Notes under the pieces: generated by a model
What the model saw: the letters and a program-made list of their open reading frames with translations, nothing else
Told to the model about the DNA's origin: nothing
Database searches by the model: none
Translations under genes and position numbers: made by a program
In this document: positions 20,125 through 29,651 of the stretch, one piece after another
How the letters are laid out: every line of letters starts with the position of its first letter
How positions within the stretch are numbered: the first letter of the stretch is position 1
Source of the DNA: Candidatus Poribacteria bacterium
GTDB lineage: Bacteria > Poribacteria > WGA-4E > WGA-3G
Direction of reading: 5' to 3'
Assembly (NCBI GenBank): GCA_965198235.1
Contig: OZ240248.1
Location: 2,016,001 to 2,080,000 of the forward strand
Length of the DNA stretch: 64,000 nt

Positions 20125-20407
20125 TTTTGCCTGCCCGATGTCTCAGAGCCATTCAGTTTATCCTCAGGTTCGTAGTAGGGCAATTTATTGCCCGTCAACA
20201 AACATTTAGAACGTGCGATAAATCGCACTACTACAAACATACTCACTGGTAGTGGGCAAATCAGTTCTACTACTTATACGCATTTTCGGATGCACTTATT
20301 CTTCTAATGTGGACAGATTCTCGTGATTTTTCCCTTCTCTGCCGATACCAGGGGCCGACAACTGACCGATGGCTGCTGATCGCTGACTGCTAAAAACTAA
20401 TTGAGGC

Positions 20408-20436
20408 TTGAAATTTCAGCAGATTCCGTGTATAAT
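20408..20436 (+). promoter_or_regulatory. Sigma-70 promoter for eutN-ygfA
   Basis: TTGAAA-N17-TATAAT. Confidence 0.6.
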
Positions 20437-20551
20437 TACTACGACTGTCGTAAAGCGAACTATCCCAAATCCGGTGATGCAGAAAAAAATCTTCTTGTAG
20501 GAGCGAGTTTCACTCGCGATTCTTCTACTCATACGAAAGGCTTTTTATTAA

Positions 20552-20839
20552 ATGATCCTTGGAAAAGTTACCGGGACAATCGTCGCAACGCAGAAGGATG
20601 AAAAATTGATCGGCAGCAAACTGATGGTTGTCCAAGATGTGGATCTCAACGGAGAGGTCGATCGGAAATATACGGTCGCTGTAGATGCTGTGGGTGCCGG
20701 TATCGGCGAAATTGTCCTCGTTGCCACCGGCAGTTCCGCTCGGCAGACCCAAGGGACAAGCAACAAACCGGTCGACGCCGTGATCATGGCGATTGTTGAT
20801 ACCGTGGAAGTTGCTGGAAAAGTCCGGTATCAGAAGTAG
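20552..20839 (+). CDS. eutN: EutN/CcmL bacterial microcompartment vertex (BMC-P) protein
   Basis: MILGKVTGTIVATQK; VAVDAVGAGIGE.VL...GSSAR; PVDAVIMAIVD. Confidence 0.92.
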   Translation: MILGKVTGTIVATQKDEKLIGSKLMVVQDVDLNGEVDRKYTVAVDAVGAGIGEIVLVATGSSARQTQGTSNKPVDAVIMAIVDTVEVAGKVRYQK

Positions 20840-20844
20840 AAACG

Positions 20845-21426
20845 ATGAAGATCGCGATCGAACGAAAACGCGTCCGCACTGAAACACTCCACCGTCGCGA
20901 AGCACTCTCCTCGGAAGAGCGGACACGGCTCAGCCAGCGTATCGTTGATTCCACAGCGCGCTGGATACAGCGTGAGGGTTTCGACACCGTAATGCTCTAC
21001 CTGAATATGAGAAGCGAAGTTGAAACCACCGATTTACTTGAGGGGTTACTGAATTCAGGCAAGCAGGTCTGCGCGCCTGTTGTAGATACAGGACAGTTGG
21101 AACTCACCCCACGACAAATTCAGAATCTGAAAACCGAGTTAGTGCGCCATCCCTATGGCATGTTGGAACCCAACGAGACATGCCCAATCTTTCCAACCGA
21201 GCACCTTCAGCTCATTGTCGTTCCCGGTATCGCTTTTGATCGTAATGGGTATCGCCTCGGATACGGCAAGGGTTTCTACGACCGATTTCTCATGAAGTGT
21301 CCACACGCTATTGCGATCGGATTGGCGTATCGGGTACAACTTGTAGAAAATACGTTCCCACAGGCGTGGGATGTACCAGTTCAACACATTTTCACAGAGA
21401 CCAGTAGGATAGAGGTAGTTACTTAG
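20845..21426 (+). CDS. ygfA: 5-formyltetrahydrofolate cyclo-ligase
   Basis: IVVPGIAFDRNGYRLGYGKGFYDRFL. Confidence 0.93.
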   Translation: MKIAIERKRVRTETLHRREALSSEERTRLSQRIVDSTARWIQREGFDTVMLYLNMRSEVETTDLLEGLLNSGKQVCAPVVDTGQLELTPRQIQNLKTELVRHPYGMLEPNETCPIFPTEHLQLIVVPGIAFDRNGYRLGYGKGFYDRFLMKCPHAIAIGLAYRVQLVENTFPQAWDVPVQHIFTETSRIEVVT

Positions 21427-21847
21427 CATCAACGAAAGGTCTCAATTTCTCCAGCGTCTTTGCACCGATACCTTTGACGTTCTGGAGAGCATCCACGCTG
21501 GTAAACTCGCCGTGCTGCTCACGATGGTCGACGATCCTTTGTGCCATTTGTATGCCGATGTTCGGGAGAGTCTGGAGTTCTTCCGCAGAAGCGGTGTTGA
21601 TGTTGAGAAGTTCGGGGGTGCTTGGTGTCAACGTCTCTGTTGCTTGGCTGTGTGGACGTTCTTCGTTCGGGACAGCAATTAAATCCGGTTTTCCAAGGAA
21701 CACCGCAGGTGCGAACCGCCGCACACTCCAAAAACCAGTCCCGACTAAAATCAGTATCACCAGAAAAATGACCGCTTTCCAATAATGGCGTTCAACGGCA
21801 TCCGATGTGGGAGGGGTTTCTAACCCCGAATCTTTATTCATCCCCAT
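21419..21847 (-). CDS. ComEA-like helix-hairpin-helix DNA-binding membrane protein
   Basis: TM helix, then LNINTASAEELQTLPNIG...A.RI..HR...G.F.S...L.NVKGIG. Confidence 0.85.
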   Translation of the reverse strand: MGMNKDSGLETPPTSDAVERHYWKAVIFLVILILVGTGFWSVRRFAPAVFLGKPDLIAVPNEERPHSQATETLTPSTPELLNINTASAEELQTLPNIGIQMAQRIVDHREQHGEFTSVDALQNVKGIGAKTLEKLRPFVDAK

Positions 21848-23516
21848 TTTCCTCAAGAGATAACACCTGATTTGCGGGGATACTTTCGAGCAGCTGTTTT
21901 GCCCCGTTCTGCCACTGCACCTCGACGCTATCCACCTGTTTGTAATTTCCAATTCCGAAATGGAGTGTGAGGTCTTGCTGTGAAAGGTAGCCGTCTCCGC
22001 TCCGTACCTCACGCGTCTGTATAAGTTTTCCCGTCGTTATCTTGACGCGCACCCCAATCGCATCCGTGGAACCGTTTGTCGCCGTCAATCGGATCTGTAA
22101 CCAGTTTTTTCCGTTACCGCCATCGTTGCGTAAAAGGCGTGGCGCGGTGTTGGAATTGGTTACCACGATATCGATGTCTCCATCTAAATCGTAATCTGCA
22201 AAGGTAGCACCGCGGCTCACGTCCTCCAACTTCATACCCGGACCGAGGGTTTCAGAAACTTCAGCAAAGGTGTTGTTAGCGCTGTTTCGGAAGAGCAGAT
22301 TACGTTGTCCATACGTGCCTTCCTGTCCGAGTTCAGCGAGATTCTCATGCAGATGCCCGTTGGCAACGAAAAGGTCTTGGTATCCATCGTTGTCATAGTC
22401 AATAAAGGCAGTTGCCCAACCGAGATAGGGATAGGTAAGCTGCGCCGTCTTTGTTGTGGCTGTTGTGTCTGTGAAGAAGCCGTCTGCGTCGTTATGGTAA
22501 AGCGTGTTCGTCTGTTGGGCATAGTTGGTGACGGTGAGGTCCAGCCAGCCGTCGTTATTCCAATCGCCGAAGGCTGTCCCCATGCCGTTTTCAGCGACAC
22601 CATCTTCGCTGAGTGCGACCCCGACCATGAAACCAACCTCTTCAAAAGTGCCGTCCCCATTATTGTGATAAAAGAGGTTTTCTGTGGAATCGTTAGCAAC
22701 GTAGAGGTCAGGGGTGCCATCGTTATTATAGTCTCCCCAAACAACGCCTAAACCTTTGCCGGTGGTGTTGTAAATACCCACCGTTTTTGTAACGTCGGTG
22801 AACGTGCCATCACCGTTGTTGCGATAGAGCGTATCGGATTGGGCGGTGAAGTTATCGGGTTCGCAGTATGCCCGGATCCCCTTTTCCTTGAATCCGCACC
22901 ACGGATTTTCGTCGATGTCAAAAACGATATAGTTGACAACGTAGAGGTCGAGATTGCCGTCTCGGTCGTAGTCAGCAAAGGCGCAGCTCGTGCTCCAACG
23001 AGGCTCCGTTACACCCGCGGCTTCCGCCACCTCCGTAAACGTGCCGTCCCCGTTATTACGATAGAGTCGATTGACCCCGTAGTTTGTGACGTAAAGATCC
23101 AGTTTGCCGTCGTTATTGTAATCACCCACGGCGCATCCGTGTCCGTAGCCGGTATCCCCGACGCCGGCTTTTTCGGTGACATCCGTGAACGTGCCATCGC
23201 CATTGTTTTGATAGAGGCAATTGGTTGGAATCTCTTGCGAGACGTAACCGGGGAGGGGCGCGCCGTTAACGAAATATAGATCGGGGTCGCCGTCCGCGTC
23301 GTAGTCAAAGAAAGCGGCACCGGAACCGAGCGTCTCCATAAAATACTTCTGTCCGCTCCGTCCATCAACGTGTTTCCAGTGGATGCCGGCTTCCTGCGTC
23401 ACATCGACGAATTGAATGTTGGTGTTTGCACTAATAGCGGGTATAAGGATATCTTGTGCGACAATTGCGATTAGGAACAGGATTAAGATACCTATAATGC
23501 TACTTCGTCTTTTCAT
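21834..23516 (-). CDS. CRTAC1-family FG-GAP repeat protein with C-terminal ASPIC/UnbV domain
   Basis: Repeated DYNNDG.LDLYV and NNGDGTF.DV motifs; GYLSQ....LHFG. Confidence 0.9.
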   Translation of the reverse strand: MKRRSSIIGILILFLIAIVAQDILIPAISANTNIQFVDVTQEAGIHWKHVDGRSGQKYFMETLGSGAAFFDYDADGDPDLYFVNGAPLPGYVSQEIPTNCLYQNNGDGTFTDVTEKAGVGDTGYGHGCAVGDYNNDGKLDLYVTNYGVNRLYRNNGDGTFTEVAEAAGVTEPRWSTSCAFADYDRDGNLDLYVVNYIVFDIDENPWCGFKEKGIRAYCEPDNFTAQSDTLYRNNGDGTFTDVTKTVGIYNTTGKGLGVVWGDYNNDGTPDLYVANDSTENLFYHNNGDGTFEEVGFMVGVALSEDGVAENGMGTAFGDWNNDGWLDLTVTNYAQQTNTLYHNDADGFFTDTTATTKTAQLTYPYLGWATAFIDYDNDGYQDLFVANGHLHENLAELGQEGTYGQRNLLFRNSANNTFAEVSETLGPGMKLEDVSRGATFADYDLDGDIDIVVTNSNTAPRLLRNDGGNGKNWLQIRLTATNGSTDAIGVRVKITTGKLIQTREVRSGDGYLSQQDLTLHFGIGNYKQVDSVEVQWQNGAKQLLESIPANQVLSLEENGDE

Positions 23517-25155
23517 CTGCCTCCTTCATCTTTGCCAATGTTTGTCGAAAGGTATCGTTTTCGGGCTCCATTTCGATGGCGGCATGTATCGCTTTCAACG
23601 CTTCTTGATGCGCGCCTGCCTGAAAGTAGGCTAAAGCAAGGGTCTGTAGGTATTGCGGGACAGGGGCTAAACGGACAGCCTTTTCAGCCAAAGCAATGGT
23701 TTCTTGGATTTGAACCTCTTTTTTAGCCGGTGGTGCTGAAGCAGAGGCACCTTGACGGACATTCTCAAGATAGAGCCTTGCCAATCCGTTTAGGGCGTAA
23801 TGCGCCTCTGCGTCTAACTTTAAAGCCGTTTGATACGCGGCGAGTGCTTGCTCAAATTCGCCGCGACGGTGATGGATGACCGCTATACCGACCTGAGCAT
23901 GCACTAATGAGGCATCATAGACGAGGGCAGCCTTGTATTCAGCCAGTGCTTCATCGAACCGGTCTTGCAGATAATAGACTGCCCCCAATCCAGCGTGCAA
24001 GGCGGCTTGCTCTGGCTCAATCGCAATCGCACTGAGATAGGCTTTTTCTGCTTCGTCAAACCTGCGCTCGCGAAAATAGAGTGTGCCGAGTTTATAGTGT
24101 GCCGCGGCATATTGTGGCTGAAGTCTGACGGCTGTCTGATACGCCTCAAGTGCCTTACCGAATTTTCCATGCTTTTCATAAGTGAGTCCGAGTTGGTACT
24201 GTTTGCGAGGATTGCTCGGTTCGAGGAGAATCGCACGCTCGCGGGTATCAATCTCTTGGGCGATTGCGTTTAAACGACGGTAGGTTTCCATCGCGCGCTT
24301 GCCTTCCGCCGCCTGCTTTAACCGGAACAGTACCTGCGCGAGGTTATAGTACGCTCCGATATGGTCGGGTTGTTGTGCGATGACGTTGCGGTATAAGTCA
24401 ACGGCACGCTGGAATTCCCGTTGCTTTGATGCGATTAAACCCAGGCTATAGGAAGCCGCCGTAAAATTAGGATCCAGGCGAATTGCCTTCTCTAACAGTG
24501 GACGTGCTTTGTCAAGCTCTCCCTGTTTTTGGTAAATGGCACCTAAGTTCCCGTTTGCCATAGAAAGCTCAGGATTCAAGGCTAACGCCGATTCGTAATA
24601 CTGAATTGCCTGCTCCTGCTCTTTGACCGCTTCATAGCAGGAAGCGAGATTCGTCATCGCTTCCGCGAGTTTCGGTGAAAGGTTGAGACTCCGGTGATAC
24701 GCTTCTATGGCTTCTGCGAACCGGGAGGCTTTCTGGTAAGCGGTTGCGAGACCAATCTGTATTTGGAGGGAGTCTGGGTGGTTTTGGCTGAGTTTTCGAT
24801 AGATGTCAATTGCTTCGTCATTACGCCCGGTTCTTGTGTAGAGCAAGGCAAGATTTGCTTCGGCTTGTAGCAGTCCCGGAGCGATATCCAGTGCCTGTTT
24901 GAGGGCAACTTCCGCTTCAGCGAATTTGCTGAGTTGAATGTAAACGGTTCCGAGTCCGGCGTATGCTTGGGCAGATGCGGGATCGCGTTGAAGGGCGTGC
25001 TGAAAATACTGAAGTGCCTGCGTGTATTGTCTTTGCTGTGCGGCTTGCATACCGCGCACGTAAAGCTCTTGGGGTGTTTGTGCGGCAGCATTCCACGCAA
25101 GACTGACGAAAACGATTAGGAGAAAGACAACGAACGATACTCCCTTTTGCGACAT
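23500..25155 (-). CDS. Secreted multi-TPR protein
   Basis: Signal peptide plus many A...LG..Y...G...A...Y..AL...P repeats. Confidence 0.88.
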   Translation of the reverse strand: MSQKGVSFVVFLLIVFVSLAWNAAAQTPQELYVRGMQAAQQRQYTQALQYFQHALQRDPASAQAYAGLGTVYIQLSKFAEAEVALKQALDIAPGLLQAEANLALLYTRTGRNDEAIDIYRKLSQNHPDSLQIQIGLATAYQKASRFAEAIEAYHRSLNLSPKLAEAMTNLASCYEAVKEQEQAIQYYESALALNPELSMANGNLGAIYQKQGELDKARPLLEKAIRLDPNFTAASYSLGLIASKQREFQRAVDLYRNVIAQQPDHIGAYYNLAQVLFRLKQAAEGKRAMETYRRLNAIAQEIDTRERAILLEPSNPRKQYQLGLTYEKHGKFGKALEAYQTAVRLQPQYAAAHYKLGTLYFRERRFDEAEKAYLSAIAIEPEQAALHAGLGAVYYLQDRFDEALAEYKAALVYDASLVHAQVGIAVIHHRRGEFEQALAAYQTALKLDAEAHYALNGLARLYLENVRQGASASAPPAKKEVQIQETIALAEKAVRLAPVPQYLQTLALAYFQAGAHQEALKAIHAAIEMEPENDTFRQTLAKMKEADEKTK

Positions 25156-25274
25156 AACGGTATATCCTCCGCTGCTAATTTTAGTCTGAAATGGCACTTG
25201 AAATCAAGTGTTATCTTGCTCGAGTAGAGTGGTATGTAATAGAATTGATACGCAGACTATAAACTCCACTATTC

Positions 25275-27704
25275 TCAATCCTCAACCTCTTCTACATCCC
25301 AAGTTAATAACTGATCCTCGATTTTCTGCCATACTTCAGGGGACACACGTCCGGCCGCTTCTTTGCATTCAACGATGAATTGCACTGCACGAAGATACTG
25401 AAGAAAGGACTCCATTTCTTCGCGTGGAATAGCAAGCATATCGTCCGTTATATCCAAAACAGAAAGCCATGTATCATGAATAGAATCCTCTGGCGGTTTA
25501 ACAGATGGTCTCTTTCTTGTTTCTCTGATGAACTCCTGTTGTGTTCTGAATCGATGAACTATTCGCTGTAAATCTACTCCTTTGAAAATTTCTGCCTGTT
25601 CCATACGCTCGACGAGTGCTATTCGTATGTCCAATTCCATCTCGAACCGATTTCCAAATTCAGAGGAGACGAAAAAGTAAAAATAAGAGTTTGTATATCC
25701 GCAAAGATTGAGGTAAAAATCAAGGTCAAGGTAAAGGTTAAGGTAACGGGTGAAATTCGCGTAATGGCTGAGATAGGAATCAAAATCTTGATAGGGCTTG
25801 GGGTATCTACTGCGGGTAGGGCCAAGATAAAGGTCAAGATTAAGGTCAAGGTAAAGGTCGAAATCAAAGTTAAGCCCTCGGTAGAGGTCGGGGTTGAGGT
25901 TGAGACCTCGATGGAAATCAGAATCAAGACTGAAGTTAAGTCCTTGGTAGAGATTAGAATTAAGGCTGAACTGAAAATCAAGTTCGTCAAGTTCGTCAAA
26001 CTCATCAAGTTCGTCAAGTTCGTCAAACTTAAGGTTAAAACCAAGGTTCTGGTTAACATCGTGTTTGACTGTTTCATAAGTTTTATTCAACAACCACAGA
26101 GAAAAGTATTGACGAATCGCAAAAATTTGCCTAGCGGCCCTGTCATATAGATTTCCTGAAGGATTTGTAATTCTCCTTGCCCATTGGAATAATGGTTTCA
26201 GTTTATCAGTGTTGATTGACTTAACGGCCTCGGCTGTCATCCTCTCAAGTAAACTGTCTGCCTTATGCAACAGTCCAGCGGTCAGTAAAAATACCTCCCG
26301 CCACCGTTCATCATGGAAATGTTGAGTCACCAACCCCTTAATTGATCGCTTATCTCTTACGATATAATTGGCTGTTAAATACTCCTGAAAGGTCAAATGA
26401 GAAAAAGAATAAACACCATTTACTCTCTCGACGAAAAGCCCTTGGTCAACAAGGATTGTGTCTAGAATCTTGCGAGCATTAAACGTTGATGGTGTGTTAG
26501 CATTCCCTTTACCGAATTCTCGAATCTGATCTATGAGTTCGCTCTTAGTAAAAAAAAGTTGGTCATTGTTGAAATTTTCCGCTGCAATTTCAGAAAGCAT
26601 TCGCTTTTCATCAGCAATATCCAAATATTGATCAACCGATCCGTCTCGACTAACTCGTTTTTCAGCTGCCCATTCTTCAAGAAAAATATTGAGTGCCTTC
26701 TCATAAAGATCTGCCCGATTTCTTGGAAAATTTTGTGAATTATCATAAACCATACACAGAAGCGTAAGCAATAACGGGTTCCTTGCCAATTCTTTGGTTG
26801 CTTGATGCTCTGGTCCATTCAAAGTTTTCCAACATTGCTCAGCAGTTTTCATTTCCTCATCAAGTTGCAGCCGATACCGATCAGACGCTGATGAAAACCA
26901 ATTGTTTATATATTTCTCAATCTGCGAATCATCAAAATTCGCCATTTCCACTTCAGTAAAACGATTAAACCCCCCTGTATACGCTGCTATCCGGCACGAA
27001 GCGATAAATCGGTTTTGACTATACAGGTCAACGAAATCACCAATTTTACGAATGACGTTGTTAACATTAGCAGTTGGTACTTCGTCAAGTCCATCAAGGA
27101 GTATTAAGAGTTTACCTGATTTCAATGCAGCCTCAGTCATCTCTTCCGGACGAGGATAACCACATATTTTAAACTCCTCGGTAACCAGTGTCTTAATATC
27201 AATCGAATCCTCGGTGAACCTCTTCAATTCAAGAAATACAGGGATAAATTCGTGTGCAAAACTCCTATTTCCTTCTTTCAAGACTTCAAGCCCAACCTTG
27301 CGAAGAAAGGTTGATTTTCCAACACCAGGTCCACCGAGCAACATCAGAAATTGCTTATCGTTAGCAATTTGTGTTCCATCTTGTCGTTTATCGCGAAGCT
27401 GTCCAACGCTATCTCCATGTCTTGTTCGAAATTCTCTTTCAACAGTTTCAACTGACCTATATTTTGAAGGTCTATCCTCGTCTAGGAATTGAACCGCTAC
27501 ATAGACGTCATCAAGCGGCATTGGTTTTCGCATTCCGACACAGAAAACTTTGAGGTGACTGTGACGATCTCTATAGTTTTTACTGTACCGGTGACAGGCG
27601 TTTGCGATTTTCGGTGCTAACTTGTCATATCCCTTCCCAATTAAATTAAGGGACTGTTTATAGATTTCTGTCACTACTCCTGACAACATCGTTTCGTCCA
27701 TCAT
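25275..27704 (-). CDS. NACHT (STAND) NTPase with low-complexity repeat region and C-terminal helical domain
   Basis: Walker A GGPGVGKS; Walker B LLILLDGLDE; NPLLLTLLC; FSHLTFQEYL; RWREVFLL. Confidence 0.9.
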   Translation of the reverse strand: MMDETMLSGVVTEIYKQSLNLIGKGYDKLAPKIANACHRYSKNYRDRHSHLKVFCVGMRKPMPLDDVYVAVQFLDEDRPSKYRSVETVEREFRTRHGDSVGQLRDKRQDGTQIANDKQFLMLLGGPGVGKSTFLRKVGLEVLKEGNRSFAHEFIPVFLELKRFTEDSIDIKTLVTEEFKICGYPRPEEMTEAALKSGKLLILLDGLDEVPTANVNNVIRKIGDFVDLYSQNRFIASCRIAAYTGGFNRFTEVEMANFDDSQIEKYINNWFSSASDRYRLQLDEEMKTAEQCWKTLNGPEHQATKELARNPLLLTLLCMVYDNSQNFPRNRADLYEKALNIFLEEWAAEKRVSRDGSVDQYLDIADEKRMLSEIAAENFNNDQLFFTKSELIDQIREFGKGNANTPSTFNARKILDTILVDQGLFVERVNGVYSFSHLTFQEYLTANYIVRDKRSIKGLVTQHFHDERWREVFLLTAGLLHKADSLLERMTAEAVKSINTDKLKPLFQWARRITNPSGNLYDRAARQIFAIRQYFSLWLLNKTYETVKHDVNQNLGFNLKFDELDELDEFDELDELDFQFSLNSNLYQGLNFSLDSDFHRGLNLNPDLYRGLNFDFDLYLDLNLDLYLGPTRSRYPKPYQDFDSYLSHYANFTRYLNLYLDLDFYLNLCGYTNSYFYFFVSSEFGNRFEMELDIRIALVERMEQAEIFKGVDLQRIVHRFRTQQEFIRETRKRPSVKPPEDSIHDTWLSVLDITDDMLAIPREEMESFLQYLRAVQFIVECKEAAGRVSPEVWQKIEDQLLTWDVEEVED
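25978..26028. repeat. Coding tandem repeat (9-bp units, DEL/DEF) in the NACHT gene
   Basis: TCAAGTTCG-type units encode FDELDELDEFDELDELD. Confidence 0.8.
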
Positions 27705-27768
27705 TTACCTCCATGTTTTGAATGTATCAATATCAAATTCGTATCCATCTCAGGTAGGATTTCAGTCT

Positions 27769-28419
27769 TTACTGTATGAATTCTTCAGATTGCCACATCG
27801 GGATAGTTATTGCCAGCTCACTTCGCAAGGCTTCAATCTCTTGGGAAAGAAAAGAGAGCAGGCGTTGCATCATCCGAATTGCATCGTCTGTTGGTCGTGC
27901 CTCAATAACCTGTTCAAGTTCTATCTGCAATTGATAGGCTTCATTGAATCGCGTCCGCTTTTGAGTTCGGTCACGACGGTGTTGCTGCAGCCATGAACGA
28001 TTAAGACGGAGCGTGGAAATATGGTATTCACCGCAAGATGTAAGCGGCTGAAGTAAACCGTCGTCGGTTTCGATGAAATGAATACCGGCATCTTGTTCAC
28101 GACATGGATCTGCAAACCGATACCCACGGCGAAGTTGTTCGCGTGTCGGCCATTTGTTATGTTTTATCATATTACATGGGATGCAGACCCAATATAGGTT
28201 GGTATAGTCATTGACAGGTCCGCCTCTGCTTTGTGGTTTGAAATGGTCAATGCAAAAGGCTTGGGTGCCGCCTTTTATTGCTTCGTGAACACCGCAATAA
28301 GCGCAACGGAAATCGAAATCTCTGCGTAGATAAGGTTCAGCGTTCCGATATCCCATCCTGCCTCGCATCACAGGTGGTGATTCTCGTCGGCGGATACGAG
28401 GGGATGTTCTGTGATTCAC
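27769..28419 (-). CDS. HNH endonuclease with C-terminal coiled coil
   Basis: CAYCG...IDHFKP......NL...C..CN..K. Confidence 0.88.
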   Translation of the reverse strand: MNHRTSPRIRRRESPPVMRGRMGYRNAEPYLRRDFDFRCAYCGVHEAIKGGTQAFCIDHFKPQSRGGPVNDYTNLYWVCIPCNMIKHNKWPTREQLRRGYRFADPCREQDAGIHFIETDDGLLQPLTSCGEYHISTLRLNRSWLQQHRRDRTQKRTRFNEAYQLQIELEQVIEARPTDDAIRMMQRLLSFLSQEIEALRSELAITIPMWQSEEFIQ

Positions 28420-28835
28420 ATCAATTCCCTTAATTCACGCAGTTTGGTAACTACCTCCTCAAATCTTTGTTTCCAATCTGCATCTCGTAAGGTCGCTCGC
28501 TTCTGCATCGATTGTATGAGTGGTTGCGCCGCTTCTGCGTCGTTAAGCTGCCGGTCCAACTGGGTCAACTCAATTTCCTCTTGAGGTGTTAAACCGTTGG
28601 AGAACTTCTTATCTAATAATTTATGATACGCCTCAAGTAGATCTGTAGGAAGTTCGTAGTCAAAGGCGTTTTCACCTTCGTCCGGGTGCCATTTGCGATA
28701 CTCATCCATCGGGACAATTGCGGCTACAGGCTTCCCATTGTGTTCAAGGACAAGACTCTCATATCCCTCCCAACTTGCCCGCAGTAAATTTTCAATTTGA
28801 AGTGGAAGTTGGTCCAATGAAATTGTTTTACGCAT
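28416..28835 (-). CDS. Phd/YefM-like antitoxin-domain protein
   Basis: VLEHNGKPVAAIVPMDEY; stop overlaps the HNH start. Confidence 0.6.
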   Translation of the reverse strand: MRKTISLDQLPLQIENLLRASWEGYESLVLEHNGKPVAAIVPMDEYRKWHPDEGENAFDYELPTDLLEAYHKLLDKKFSNGLTPQEEIELTQLDRQLNDAEAAQPLIQSMQKRATLRDADWKQRFEEVVTKLRELRELM

Positions 28836-28945
28836 AGGTCCGTCTCCTTTTCAAGTATCATTTTCAGTCATTATTATACCATATTCTTTAGAGTATTTGC
28901 TATATCTTTTACAATGGTGTGAGTAGCGGATGATAGTTAAACAAC

Positions 28946-29500
28946 TCAATCAATATACTTATCTTCGTTGAACTTCGTCCACGATTCAAATATAGGAAAG
29001 GGGCGAGGAAAATCGTCGTTGTCGATATTCAACTTGAACTGTATCTTCTCGCTATCAAAGAGATCCCGGATCGAAATGGAAACTCCTGAAGTTCCAATAC
29101 AGTGGTCGCACGGTGTTGGGAGTATTTGTGCCGAGCGCGGTGCCTGAAAATGAATTCTGTATTCCGAGCCATTCTTTTCAATATGGTAATCGTCCGAAAA
29201 AATCTCCCACTCGCTGAGGGCAGTATTGCCTTCGGCGTATTGTGCCCAAAGACGAACACCATTAAAGAAATCAACAATTACGCCTTTTCTTTTGTTCGCG
29301 TCTTTGGAAGGGTCAAATTGCCGAAATGAACGATCCTTTAGTTCTGCTTTTACCAATTGTTCCTCATCGCTATCCACTGGTTGCAATGGGTTCGCACATG
29401 AAAAGAGAATTAGGCAGATGAACGCGAGCGTGGAAGACACGAGGCATATTTTTTTGTTTGTTTTGAAGACATTACATGGACGCATGTGTATTTCCTCCAT
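28946..29500 (-). CDS. Putative lipoprotein
   Basis: Hydrophobic stretch ending in LFSC lipobox. Confidence 0.6.
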   Translation of the reverse strand: MEEIHMRPCNVFKTNKKICLVSSTLAFICLILFSCANPLQPVDSDEEQLVKAELKDRSFRQFDPSKDANKRKGVIVDFFNGVRLWAQYAEGNTALSEWEIFSDDYHIEKNGSEYRIHFQAPRSAQILPTPCDHCIGTSGVSISIRDLFDSEKIQFKLNIDNDDFPRPFPIFESWTKFNEDKYID

Positions 29501-29651
29501 TGTATTTTTTATTATCCAAATTTTAGCGTTAAACGAACCGGATTTTCAAAAGAAAGCGGACGGTATACCTGAAAAAATTGGATTGTGCTTGATCTGTAAC
29601 CTCTTCTCTGCTAAAATGGGCGGTGAATTTATGATTGGGGAGAGTGTTGTT

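Noticed and set aside
20440-20550. Possible 6S RNA or c-di-GMP riboswitch upstream of eutN-ygfA
   Set aside because: No long 6S-type stem; riboswitch core motifs match poorly; the only clear hairpin is a REP also seen at ~47529
25619-26150. LTLTL- and KVKIK-rich ORFs
   Set aside because: Alternative frames of the NACHT repeat tract
29226-29651. N-terminal extension of the Ldh_2 ORF
   Set aside because: Overlaps the opposite-strand lipoprotein gene; family similarity begins near 29652
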